Origin: Kiritimatiellia bacterium
GTDB taxonomy: Bacteria > Verrucomicrobiota > Kiritimatiellia > RFP12 > UBA1067
Reading direction: 5' to 3'
NCBI GenBank assembly: GCA_050949565.1
Contig: JBMNFY010000017.1
Location: 1,632,001 to 1,696,000 of the forward strand
DNA length: 64,000 nucleotides
Shown: piece after piece, positions 8,061 through 17,583 of the stretch
Layout of the letters: each line of letters starts with the position of its first letter
How positions within the stretch are numbered: the first letter of the stretch is position 1
Notes under the pieces: model-generated
The model's input: the letters and a program-made list of their open reading frames with translations, nothing else
Told to the model about the DNA's origin: nothing
Databases searched by the model: none
Made by a program: the position numbers and the translations under genes

Positions 8061-11000
8061 TTCGCGCTCGGCGCGTACCGTGCGCCGCGCGCTCAGGCGC
8101 CAGACCGCCGGCAGCACGAGCAGGTTGAGCAGCGTGGCGCTGATCAACCCGCCGAACTGCACGATCGCCAGCGGCGCCAGCAACTCGCCGCCCGGCTGGT
8201 CGTACGCCAGCACGATCGGCACCAGGCCGAAGAGTGTTGTCAGCGAGGTCATCAGGATCGGCACCATGCGTTCGAGCGAGCCTTCGATGAGCGCTTCGTG
8301 CAAACTGTATCCCTGCGCCTGCAAGCTGCGGTAGCGGTTGAGCAACAGCAACCCGTTGCGGATGACGAAGCCGGCGACGGTTACGAAGCCTACCATCGCC
8401 GCCACCGAGAGCACCGGCGCGACATAGTTGCCGTCTCCGCAGACCAGTGCCCGCAGGTTGGCCCAAAGCGGCGCGGGCGCCGCTATCAGCATCGCCATTA
8501 CGCCGCCGATCAGACAGAGCGGCAGATTCACCAGCACCACCAGCGCGGCGCGGAAGCTGTCCAATGCGTAACCCAACAGCAGGACAATGATCAGCAGCAA
8601 TCCCAGCGCCAACCACGTCAGCCGCCGCGATGCGGATTGCTGCGCTTCGTAACTGCCGCCGTAGCTGACGGTGCAGCCGTGGGCGTGAACCACCGGTTCG
8701 ACATGCTCGCGCAGCGCCGCGACCAGATCGCCGACGTTGGAACCGGGCGCGACATTGCAGGAGATCAACGCCTTGCGCCGCGTGTTGTCGCGCACGATCA
8801 GGTTCGAGGCCTCTTCGCGGTAGACATCCGCCACCTCGTCCAGCCGCACGCGTGCGCCGTTCGGCGCGGTGAGCAGAAATGCGCCCACGTCGGCCAGCTC
8901 CTTGCGCTGGGTCTCATCCAGCCGCACTACAATGTCCCAGCGTTGCTGGTTACGCGCGACCTGCCCTGCGGTCACGCCGTCGAAAGCCGCCGAGACCTGT
9001 TCGCCGGCGTCCTTCAGTGTCAGCCCGGCACGCGCCAGCGCATCCAGGCGGTAACGGATGCGCAGGGTGTCCACCATGATCTCGCGGTTCGCGCGCGCGT
9101 CGGCCACCTGCGGCAGGGTGTCGAGCACCTGCTTGACTGCGGCGGCGGCGGTGCGCAGCGTAGCCAGATCATCGCCGAAGACGTTGATCGCCAGCTCGGC
9201 CTCGGTGCCGGAGAGTACCGAACTGATGCGATGCGCGATTGGGTAGCCGATCATTGTCGCCACGCCGGGGATCTGCCGGATCACGCCGTTGATCGCGTTC
9301 CGCAATTTCAGCGGATCGGCTTGCATGTCCACGCGCACCAGCAGTTCCGAAGCGCTGACCGGCTCGGCGTGCTCATCGCGTTCGGCACGGCCGGTGCGGC
9401 GCGTCACGCTCTTGACGCCTTCGATACGCTGAATCTCCTCCATCGCGCCCTGCGTCACGCGTTCGGTCTCCTCCAGCGAGGTGCCGACCGGCGTGTTCAC
9501 AAAAACGGTGTAGCAATCTTCATGGAAAGGCGGCAGGAAACTGGTGCCGAAGGTCGATGCCAGCCAGAGCGCGCCAAGGGTGACGCCCGTCATCACGAGG
9601 CACACCAGCCACGCATGCCGCACACAGAAATACAGCAGCGGTCGATAGCAGGCCTTGAGCACTCTCACCGTAAATCCATCGACTTTCGCTTTTTCATTCT
9701 GACCTTTGCGGATGCGCCGTGAGCGTGAAAAGAGCAGCAGGCAGAGCACCGGCGTCACCGTGAGCGCCACCAGCAGCGAAGCGCCGAATATTAGCAGATA
9801 GGCCATGCCCAGCGGTCTGAAGAACTGTCCTTCCAAACCGGAGAGGAACAGTAGCGGCAAAAAGACCAGCACGATGATCAGCGTCGAGAAGGTGACGGAC
9901 TGCAACACTTCGGCACCGGCCGCGCGCAACACGGTCACTTTGGGTACGCGATCTTCCGGCGGCCGGAGCGCGTTTTCATCCAGCTTCCGCCAGGCGAGTT
10001 CCACAAAGATGATCGCATTGTCCACCACGTCGCCTACCGCGACCGCCAGTCCGCCGAGCGTCATGATGTTGACGCCCAGACCGAGCGCCGGGAAAAAGAG
10101 CAGGCCGACGGCCATGGAAAGCGGCATCGCCAGCAGCGTGATCAGCGTGGTGCGTACGCGCAACAGCGTCAACCCCAGCACCAGCACCACGATGATCGCG
10201 GCGTCGCGCACGATGAGCCCGCCCTTGTCGATCGAGAGCCGGATGAAGTCGGCCTGACGGTAGGCGTCGCGATGCAGCACAGCGCCGGCCGGCAGCCGGG
10301 AGGCTTCGAAAGCGTCCAGCACCTGTTCGATGCGGTCGGTCAACTCGAGTGTGTTGCCACCGGGCGCCTTCTGCACCGCGAGCACCACGGCGTCATGCCC
10401 GTTGTAGGAGGCCGAGCCGCGTCGCTGCGCACCGCCCAGCCTGACGTCCGCCACCTGCCCGAGGCGCAGCTCGCGTCCGTCGTCGACCGGCACCTGTACG
10501 CGCCGCAGCTCGTCGATCGTCTCGACGCGGGCGGTTTGGCGCAGCGGGATTTCCTGCCCCTTGACGTCCGCCAGATATCCCGCGCTGGCCATGGTGTGCG
10601 ACGCGGTGGCGGCCTCGATCACATCGTTGAGCGTGACACCGTATGCGGCCAGGCGCTCTGGGGTGACATTGACCTGAAACTCGGGCAGGCGCCCGCCGAT
10701 CACCACCACCTGGCCGATGCCGGGGATCGCCATCAGTTGGGTGCGCAGCTCGTATTCGGCGAGCTGGCGCAGCTCCAGTTCCGATACCGTGCCGTCGGGA
10801 CTGGTCAGCGCCAGCATCATGATCTCGCCGGTTACCGAAACGATCGGCGTGATCTCGGGCTCGATGCCCTCCGGCAGGAGCGCGCGCGCAGCAGTAAGCC
10901 GTTCCGCTACGATCTGACGTGCGCGGTAGATATCGATGTCCCAGTCGAAATCGACCCACACAAACGAGAGACCGCCGCCTGACGAGGAGCGTACCGCCTT

Positions 11001-11237
11001 CACGCCGGGCAGTCCGTTCATGGCGGATTCGATCGGCACCGTGACGAACTGCTCGACCTCTTCCGCCGTCAGTCCGCCGGCTTCGGTCTGCAGCACCACA
11101 CGCGGCACCTTGATTTCGGGGAAGACATCCACCGGCAGACGCCGTGCTGCCACGACAGCCAGTGCCACCGCGATCGCGGTCACGCCCAGCGTCAGCCAAG
11201 GATTCTCTAAACAAAAATCAATCAGTTTTTTCAACAT
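8043..11237 (-). CDS. czcA: CusA/CzcA-family heavy-metal RND efflux permease
   Basis: 'LPVDVFPEI', 'EEVEQFVTVPIE', 'MTLGGLAVAVGDVVDNAII', 'GLEGQFFRPLG', 'PILMTSLTT'; 1064 aa. Confidence 0.93.
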   Translation of the reverse strand: MLKKLIDFCLENPWLTLGVTAIAVALAVVAARRLPVDVFPEIKVPRVVLQTEAGGLTAEEVEQFVTVPIESAMNGLPGVKAVRSSSGGGLSFVWVDFDWDIDIYRARQIVAERLTAARALLPEGIEPEITPIVSVTGEIMMLALTSPDGTVSELELRQLAEYELRTQLMAIPGIGQVVVIGGRLPEFQVNVTPERLAAYGVTLNDVIEAATASHTMASAGYLADVKGQEIPLRQTARVETIDELRRVQVPVDDGRELRLGQVADVRLGGAQRRGSASYNGHDAVVLAVQKAPGGNTLELTDRIEQVLDAFEASRLPAGAVLHRDAYRQADFIRLSIDKGGLIVRDAAIIVVLVLGLTLLRVRTTLITLLAMPLSMAVGLLFFPALGLGVNIMTLGGLAVAVGDVVDNAIIFVELAWRKLDENALRPPEDRVPKVTVLRAAGAEVLQSVTFSTLIIVLVFLPLLFLSGLEGQFFRPLGMAYLLIFGASLLVALTVTPVLCLLLFSRSRRIRKGQNEKAKVDGFTVRVLKACYRPLLYFCVRHAWLVCLVMTGVTLGALWLASTFGTSFLPPFHEDCYTVFVNTPVGTSLEETERVTQGAMEEIQRIEGVKSVTRRTGRAERDEHAEPVSASELLVRVDMQADPLKLRNAINGVIRQIPGVATMIGYPIAHRISSVLSGTEAELAINVFGDDLATLRTAAAAVKQVLDTLPQVADARANREIMVDTLRIRYRLDALARAGLTLKDAGEQVSAAFDGVTAGQVARNQQRWDIVVRLDETQRKELADVGAFLLTAPNGARVRLDEVADVYREEASNLIVRDNTRRKALISCNVAPGSNVGDLVAALREHVEPVVHAHGCTVSYGGSYEAQQSASRRLTWLALGLLLIIVLLLGYALDSFRAALVVLVNLPLCLIGGVMAMLIAAPAPLWANLRALVCGDGNYVAPVLSVAAMVGFVTVAGFVIRNGLLLLNRYRSLQAQGYSLHEALIEGSLERMVPILMTSLTTLFGLVPIVLAYDQPGGELLAPLAIVQFGGLISATLLNLLVLPAVWRLSARRTVRAEREGGVRI

Positions 11238-11258
11238 GAGGGTTCCCTCCCAGACGGC

Positions 11259-12869
11259 TCAATGCTCGCCTTCATGAAATTGTCCGTCCGCGTGGAAGTG
11301 CCCCGCCGCGCGCCGCGTGGTGCCGGAGGAAGGCGCGGCCAGTTGCAGCTCGTATGCGCCGTCCAGCACCACCGCCTCGCCGGCGGCCACGCCCTCTACC
11401 GCCACCCAGCCGCCGTCACGCGCACCGAGTGTGACGCCCCGTCTGATCAGGCGCTGTGCGTCGTGCGGGTCATGCACGAAAACGATCGACTGCAAACCGT
11501 CCGTCACCACGCACGCTTCGGGCAGGGCGATCTGTTCCGGCGCGCTTTCTGCGATCACCACGCTCAACACGCCCGCCCGGCCCGGCCCGGCCCAATCCGG
11601 CCAGGCGTCCGATGTCAAGTACAACGGATGGATTCGTAGCGCGTCGTCCGTGGCAAACCCCATCTCGATGCGTCCAGTCGCGGACGGCTGTTTGGCGTAC
11701 GCCGTGACCGGCTCGACAAATCCGGCCTGTCCGTCGCGTACGGATGCCAACTCAGCCGGAACGCCGTCGGCGTGGAACCAGAGTCGGTCGGCGCGTACGA
11801 CCGCTGCCACTTCGGCGCCGGCATCGACCCATGCGCCGGAGACAACCGGTACCCGCTCAACCACACCGGCCTCGCGGGCGACGACCGTCAACACGCCATC
11901 CTGCTCGCGGCAAAGCGCCAGAATGGCGGCGCGTGCGGCCTCGGCGTTCTGGCGCGTCTGTTCGGCGCGTGCGGCTTCGGCCTCCTTAACCGCGAGTTGC
12001 TGTTCCAGTTCGGCATGGCGCACGCCGGCCTCGCGAAGCTGCGACAGCCGTTTGCGCAACGCCTCGCTTTCAGCCTTGAGCAGCGTGAGCGCGGCCGCAG
12101 CATCGCGCACCTCGCCGTTCATTCGCACCCACTCCGGAGCGTGCAGCGTGAAGAGCGTTTCGCCGGCGGCGACACGCTGCGGCGTGCGGACGCGAACCTC
12201 GATCACGCCCGGCAGTGGCGCACTGTATGCGCGGCGCGCGTCCGGCATCAACTCGAAGCGGCCGGGGAAGCGCACGGTGCCGGTGACGCGGCGCGGCATC
12301 GCCGTCACGACACTCAACCCAAGCAGACGCTGGGCACTCTCCGGCACTCTAAAGGCTTCTTCGCCGTGGGCATGGTCGCACGTCGCATCATGCGCGTGAC
12401 CCTCACACGCCTCGCCATGTGCATGCCCTTCGCATGTCTTGTCGTGCTTGTGCTCCTTTCCTTGAGCGCTGAGCGTTGAACGTTGGGCGTTGGGCGTTCC
12501 GCACGCCGCGCCATGCGCATGTCCTTTGCACGCCTTGGCGTGCGTTTGGTCATGTGCGTGTTCTCCGCAGCCGGTCAGCCAGAGTAGAACCGCAAACAAG
12601 GCAATGAGTGCCTTGCCGGTTGATAATGGCAATGAAAAACAGGTTGTTTCCCGTAATCGGTTAATGACAGGAAACATGCGAGTCGGGCGCGTGCTTGGCG
12701 TGTGCGCAGTCGGGAGCGCGGGCGTCCCCGCCCGCAGAGCGTTGAGCGTTGAGTGTTTTTTTAACGCAGAGACGCGGAGACGCGGAGGTTTTGATGCATG
12801 CGGCGTGACCGCCGCCGGGAGGGGCAAGCGTCTGCTTGCCCGCGGACGAGCAAAAGTAAAACGGTTCAT
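11259..12869 (-). CDS. RND efflux membrane-fusion (periplasmic adaptor) lipoprotein, His/Cys-rich N-terminus
   Basis: ATG 12869 has AGGAGG RBS and overlaps the TolC stop (ATGA); alternative start 12677; LTGC lipobox, HAHG repeats, coiled hairpin, 'GVAAGEAVVLDGAYEL', C-terminal GHFHADGQFH. Confidence 0.85.
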   Translation of the reverse strand: MNRFTFARPRASRRLPLPAAVTPHASKPPRLRVSALKKHSTLNALRAGTPALPTAHTPSTRPTRMFPVINRLRETTCFSLPLSTGKALIALFAVLLWLTGCGEHAHDQTHAKACKGHAHGAACGTPNAQRSTLSAQGKEHKHDKTCEGHAHGEACEGHAHDATCDHAHGEEAFRVPESAQRLLGLSVVTAMPRRVTGTVRFPGRFELMPDARRAYSAPLPGVIEVRVRTPQRVAAGETLFTLHAPEWVRMNGEVRDAAAALTLLKAESEALRKRLSQLREAGVRHAELEQQLAVKEAEAARAEQTRQNAEAARAAILALCREQDGVLTVVAREAGVVERVPVVSGAWVDAGAEVAAVVRADRLWFHADGVPAELASVRDGQAGFVEPVTAYAKQPSATGRIEMGFATDDALRIHPLYLTSDAWPDWAGPGRAGVLSVVIAESAPEQIALPEACVVTDGLQSIVFVHDPHDAQRLIRRGVTLGARDGGWVAVEGVAAGEAVVLDGAYELQLAAPSSGTTRRAAGHFHADGQFHEGEH

Positions 12870-14203
12870 GGTGTCCTCCTGGGATCGGGTTCGGTAGAAG
12901 AATCGACATACAGCAACGCGAGGCGGATACGGGCTTCGTTCAATCCGCGTTCGGCTTCGATCCACGCTTCGTGGATGTCATAGACGGCGGCTTCGGCTGA
13001 GATCAGTTCGGTCAGGGTGGCTTCGCCCTGACGGTAGAGGCGCTCGGCGCGGTCGACCGCCGCCCGTGCGGAGGCCAGACGCTCTTCGCGCAAGCGTCGT
13101 TCCAGAGTCTCGGTGGCCTGCAGCGCGGCACGGGCTTCGTGCCACTCCGCGACCAACGTGCGCCACTCCGCGACCGCCTCGAAACGCGAGGAGTCACGGG
13201 TGCTTTCGGCCTCGGCGATAGCCTGCCGGTTGCGGTTCCAGAGCGGTAACGTGAAACCCACGCCCACACCCGCGCGTGCGCTGCCTTCTTCGTGTCCGAA
13301 CTGCGGGCCGATCTCTAGTTCGGGATACTGGCGACGCAGTTCGGCACGCAAGGCCTCTTCGCTGCCTTCGAAGCGCGCCAGCCGTTCCTGCACGCGCGGA
13401 TGGCGTACAAGATCCAGGTCGGTCGCGGGTGCAGCACCGAATGCGGCGTACAGCGCGTCGGGTTGCGGCGCGGCCGCGAAATCCAGCTCCACCGGCGCGT
13501 CGGGATGCAGGCCGAGCGTACGCAACAGGGCGTGTCGGCGTGCGATTGCTTCGGCTGAACAACAGGGGCAGGCCGTTTCCAGCGCCAGCCGTTCTTGCGC
13601 GAGGCGTTCGCGTTCGTCGGGCGGCAACTCGCCGACCGCCACCAGCGCGGCGACCTGCCGCTCGCGTTCGGCGAGGCGCGCCAGATAGGCTTTCTGCGCG
13701 GCGGCGTTGCGGGCGTCGGTCGCGCAGGCGAGCCAGCGTTGCCCGACCTCCGCCAGCAACTCGCGTTCGGCGGCGGCCACGGCCAGGGCATCGGCGCGCG
13801 CGTAGGCGAGAGCGGCGCGCTTTTCGAGGCCGGGGATGCCGGTCAGCGGCAGGCTGAAGCGCAAGCCGCTGCCGAGGATCCAAGGGTGCGGGCCGCCGCG
13901 CAGTATGCGCAGCGATTCCAGATCAAAGGCGGGATCTTCCCACCAGCCGGCGGCGAGCGCCTCGCGCTCGGCGTTCTGACGGCTGAGACGCAGCGCGTTG
14001 ATCTCGGGGTTGAGGATCAGCGCGAGGTCGCGTGCCGACGCAGCCGAGAGCGTGACGCGGTTCGTGACGGCGTCCGACCAGACAGCGGCCTCGTGCGGCC
14101 AGTCGATCGGCGCGGGGGCGACATTGCGGCAGCCGGCATAGATTCCGGCGCCTATGGACAAAATGAGCGAAACGGAAAGGCTCCGTTGGACAATGCGGAA
14201 CAT
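12866..14203 (-). CDS. TolC/CzcC-family outer-membrane efflux protein
   Basis: AGC lipobox, 'LALILNPEI', 'QYPELEIG', 'FTLPLWNRNRQAIAEA'; upstream of MFP and RND genes. Confidence 0.88.
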   Translation of the reverse strand: MFRIVQRSLSVSLILSIGAGIYAGCRNVAPAPIDWPHEAAVWSDAVTNRVTLSAASARDLALILNPEINALRLSRQNAEREALAAGWWEDPAFDLESLRILRGGPHPWILGSGLRFSLPLTGIPGLEKRAALAYARADALAVAAAERELLAEVGQRWLACATDARNAAAQKAYLARLAERERQVAALVAVGELPPDERERLAQERLALETACPCCSAEAIARRHALLRTLGLHPDAPVELDFAAAPQPDALYAAFGAAPATDLDLVRHPRVQERLARFEGSEEALRAELRRQYPELEIGPQFGHEEGSARAGVGVGFTLPLWNRNRQAIAEAESTRDSSRFEAVAEWRTLVAEWHEARAALQATETLERRLREERLASARAAVDRAERLYRQGEATLTELISAEAAVYDIHEAWIEAERGLNEARIRLALLYVDSSTEPDPRRTP

Positions 14204-14291
14204 GAAAACCTCCTCGTGTGAAACGGCGTTCGGTAACTTCCGCCGAGCCCGAACGGGCGGCGGGAGACGAGAGATCCGTCACAGGGAGGTT

Positions 14292-14714
14292 TCAGCAGAG
14301 GAATTGCGTCGAGCGCGCGAGAAAGAGAAGTTGCGGTGCCGGTACCCCCGGCGGTCGATCACTGTGGCATCGCGGCGCGGTCTGCGGCGCGACAGGCGCA
14401 CAGGCAGGAGGCGGCATTGCGGCGAGAGCCAGTAGCAGGCCGTTCAGTTCTTTGACTGCGGCAGGCACCGGCTCGCCCGGTGGCGGGCCTTCAAAAATCA
14501 GGTGGTTGCAGAGGTGTTCGAGATGCGTTTCAGACGGGGCAGGCGGCGTTCCGCAGTCGTGGCAGTGTCCGCCGCAGCCGTCGGGATCCGGGGCACAGAG
14601 ACAAAACGTCAGCCCTTGGAGAACGGTCAGCGCGAACAGGCAAAAAGCCACCGCCAACCGCACGCTCCGTGCAGCCCAATGCAAAACGCTGGTACTATGA
14701 CACTTGAAGAACAC
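14292..14714 (-). CDS. Small Cys/His-rich exported protein (CzcI-like position)
   Basis: Hydrophobic N-terminus, CLC..CGGHCHDC..HLEHLCNH, Pro-rich tail; leads the czcCBA-like operon; start uncertain. Confidence 0.55.
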   Translation of the reverse strand: MFFKCHSTSVLHWAARSVRLAVAFCLFALTVLQGLTFCLCAPDPDGCGGHCHDCGTPPAPSETHLEHLCNHLIFEGPPPGEPVPAAVKELNGLLLALAAMPPPACAPVAPQTAPRCHSDRPPGVPAPQLLFLARSTQFLC

Positions 14715-14780
14715 AACGGCATAGTATCAACGCGCCGTTTCCCGTGCAATAGGGATTATGCGGGTTGCGCGTAATCGGGT

Positions 14781-14825
14781 GACAACTAAGGGACAGGTAT
14801 TTAGACGGCTGGTATTTAGACGGCT
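14781..14825. repeat. Isolated copy of the RAYT-island motif followed by a 15-bp tandem duplication
   Basis: GACAACTAAGGGACAGGTATTT (14781-14802); GGTATTTAGACGGCT x2 (14796-14825). Confidence 0.88.
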
Positions 14826-14969
14826 CACACCCCTGTCATCAACCGATTACGATTACGAAATTACGAAATGTGCTACCGTGGGGCTTGTTTCTATGGGCCG
14901 GGGTGTGTAAGCTATGTTGTGTCCTGTATGACCGGAATCGGTTTATACGCAACAACCTTGGAGGCTCCT

Positions 14970-16346
14970 ATGAAACGTTACTTGATGCCGTGTGTTCTTA
15001 TTGCTTGTGCCGCGCTCGCGTTGCGCGCTGAACCGTATAAGGCGGAGTGGGAGTCGCTCGACAAACGCCCGATTCCGCAGTGGTGGCAGGAGGCCAAGTT
15101 CGGCATCTTTATCCATTGGGGCGTTTACTCGGTACCGGCCTACGCGCCGACCGACGCGGCCAATGTCTACGCCAAGTATTCGGAGCACTACGACAACCGC
15201 ATGCGCTCCAACAACGCGGCCTTCACCAACTTCCATGCCCGCACCTACGGCACCAACGTCACCTATGCGGACTTCGCCACGCAGTTCCGCGCCGAGCACT
15301 TTGATCCTGTCCAGTGGGCCGATCTCTTCAAGAAGTCCGGTGCGCGGTATGTGGTGCTTACGTCGAAGCACCACGACGGCTTCGCGCTTTGGCCGAGCGC
15401 TTACAGCCCGCGCTGGAACGCGCAGGTGCTCGGACCGCACCGCGACCTTGCCGGCGAGCTGACTGCGGCGGTCAAGCAGGCCGGTTTGCGCATGGGCTTC
15501 TACTACTCGCTGCTCGAGTGGGGCAACCCGCTCTACAAGGAGAATATCGGCCGGTGGGTCGCGGAGATGAACCTGCCGCAGATGAAAGAGCTGGTCACGC
15601 GCTACGAGCCCGATATAGTCTGGGCCGACGGCGAGTGGGACTACTCCGACGAAGAGCTGCGCAGCGTCGATTTCTTGGCCTGGCTGTACAACGAATCGCC
15701 GGTCAAGGAGAGCGTGGTGGTCAATGACCGCTGGGGCAAAAAGACGCGCGGCAAGCATGGCGACCACTACACGACCGAATACGATCTGGTTCATTCGGGT
15801 AGCTCGCTTGATACCCAGTTCACGCATCCGTGGGAGGAGTGCCGCGGCATCGGCGGTTCGTTCGGCTTTAACCGTTTTGAGACCACCGCGCATTACATGA
15901 CCAGTGCACAGTGCGTGGAGACCTTGATCGAGAAGGTCAGTCGCGGCGGCAACCTGCTGCTCAATATCGGTCCGCAGGCCGACGGCCTCATCCCGGTGAT
16001 TATGGAAGAACGCCTGCTTGATATGGGGCGTTGGCTGAGCGTCAACGGCGAGGCGATTTACGGCACCACCGCCTGGCGGCACCGTCCCAAGAACATGCGC
16101 GAAACCAAGGTCTATTTCACTCAGAAACCGGATGCCCTCTATGTGATCTGCGCGCGCTGGCCGCAAGCGCCGCTGGTGGTCAACCACATCGCCAAGGCCG
16201 ACTCGGTTTCGCTGCTCGGCAGTCCTTTGCCGGTCACGTTCACGTGCAGCGACGGGGTGCTCACGATCAAACCGCCCGTGGTCAATCCCGGCACCCTGCC
16301 CTGCGAGTACGCCTGGACCTTCAAGATTGCTCGTCCGCAGGAGTGA
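14970..16346 (+). CDS. Alpha-L-fucosidase (GH29)
   Basis: 'WESLD..P.WWQEAKFGIFIHWGVYSVP', 'TSKHHDGF', 'VWADG', 'VVNDRWG', 'VSRGGNLLLNIGP'; signal peptide; GGAGG RBS. Confidence 0.95.
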   Translation: MKRYLMPCVLIACAALALRAEPYKAEWESLDKRPIPQWWQEAKFGIFIHWGVYSVPAYAPTDAANVYAKYSEHYDNRMRSNNAAFTNFHARTYGTNVTYADFATQFRAEHFDPVQWADLFKKSGARYVVLTSKHHDGFALWPSAYSPRWNAQVLGPHRDLAGELTAAVKQAGLRMGFYYSLLEWGNPLYKENIGRWVAEMNLPQMKELVTRYEPDIVWADGEWDYSDEELRSVDFLAWLYNESPVKESVVVNDRWGKKTRGKHGDHYTTEYDLVHSGSSLDTQFTHPWEECRGIGGSFGFNRFETTAHYMTSAQCVETLIEKVSRGGNLLLNIGPQADGLIPVIMEERLLDMGRWLSVNGEAIYGTTAWRHRPKNMRETKVYFTQKPDALYVICARWPQAPLVVNHIAKADSVSLLGSPLPVTFTCSDGVLTIKPPVVNPGTLPCEYAWTFKIARPQE

Positions 16347-16467
16347 GCGCCGTGTGGCACGGTCGAGGGGATTGCAGAGGATATGGGTGCCCGATTTCGG
16401 TTATTGTCGTCTGAACTTCAAACCGCTAAGATGACGGTGTTTGTGGATTGGTACGGGGTTAGACAAA

Positions 16468-17580
16468 ATGAGTACTTACCATCTTAATTCCTTTACAATC
16501 GGGGCATTCCGTGGGCTTCAAGGTATGACTTTTGAGCGGCTGGGGCGCTTCAACCTTTTGATCGGCGGCAACAATTCAGGTAAAACCTCGGTGCTTGAGG
16601 CCCTGCAAGCCTTTTGTAATCCGGAAGACCCGGCTGATTGGGCTAGAATAGCAAACGCCAGAAACACAAGTTCACGTTTGTTTTCGACCCATTCGTTGAA
16701 CGACTGTTTGGTGTGGATGTTCCCGCACACGAAACAAACGGATACTGGTAGCTCTGGTTCGATTCAGCTTTCCAGTACTGGGGCATGTCCTGTCCGAGAG
16801 GTCAAGGCAAGTGTTCAACCTGTCTTCGGTATGCCAGATGAAGAGGATCTTAGGTATTTGGCGAAACGACCCCTAGACTCTAATCCCGCAACAGGTGGAA
16901 CCTATGAGGGGATTGAGATCAAATTGGACTCTATACGTGCTCAGGACGGCTCGTCGACCGTTGCGGAGTCCGTTACCCGCCGTTTTTGGCAAGACGTCCC
17001 CTTTATTCGGAGACGCGCTAATTCATTCGCGTTTCCTGTGGCCGCAGTTTTGGGATTCGAATACCGTTTTGCTGAACGCTGCGCCGACAAGTATTCAAAG
17101 TTGAAGGTCGATCAACAAAAAGACCTTCTCGAACTTGCGCGAATGTTTGATTCCGGCATAGAGAGTATCAGTGTTGCGTCCGAAAACCGCCGACCTTACC
17201 TGAGGGTTGAACACAAGGATTTTGGCGAGGCGCCGCTCATGGTTTTTGGAGACGGCATGAAGCGTGTGCTTTTCATAGCGACGGGACTCGTTACAGCCAA
17301 AAATGGCCTCTTGCTTTTGGATGAGATCGAGAGCGGCATCCATGCGTTCGTTTTGCCGGAGATCATGAAATGGTTGTTCAAGGCGGCACGGGAGAACCAC
17401 ATTCAGATTTTTGCAACAACTCACAGCCTTGAGGCTGTAGATGCTGTGCTCTTATCTGCAAAAGAGACGCCCGATGAATTTGTCACGTACCGTCTGAGCA
17501 AAGAAGATCATCTCGCTAAACGGTTGAACTATAACCTGCTGACAGACCTTCGGGTTCATGGTGGCTTGGAGATCAGGTAA
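16468..17580 (+). CDS. ABC-type AAA ATPase (AAA_15/AAA_21-like), putative defence component
   Basis: 'FRGL..RFNLLIGGNNSGKTSVLEAL', signature FGDGMKR, LLLLDEIESGIH, QIFATTHSLE; visibly more AT-rich than its flanks. Confidence 0.85.
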   Translation: MSTYHLNSFTIGAFRGLQGMTFERLGRFNLLIGGNNSGKTSVLEALQAFCNPEDPADWARIANARNTSSRLFSTHSLNDCLVWMFPHTKQTDTGSSGSIQLSSTGACPVREVKASVQPVFGMPDEEDLRYLAKRPLDSNPATGGTYEGIEIKLDSIRAQDGSSTVAESVTRRFWQDVPFIRRRANSFAFPVAAVLGFEYRFAERCADKYSKLKVDQQKDLLELARMFDSGIESISVASENRRPYLRVEHKDFGEAPLMVFGDGMKRVLFIATGLVTAKNGLLLLDEIESGIHAFVLPEIMKWLFKAARENHIQIFATTHSLEAVDAVLLSAKETPDEFVTYRLSKEDHLAKRLNYNLLTDLRVHGGLEIR

Positions 17581-17583
17581 TCC

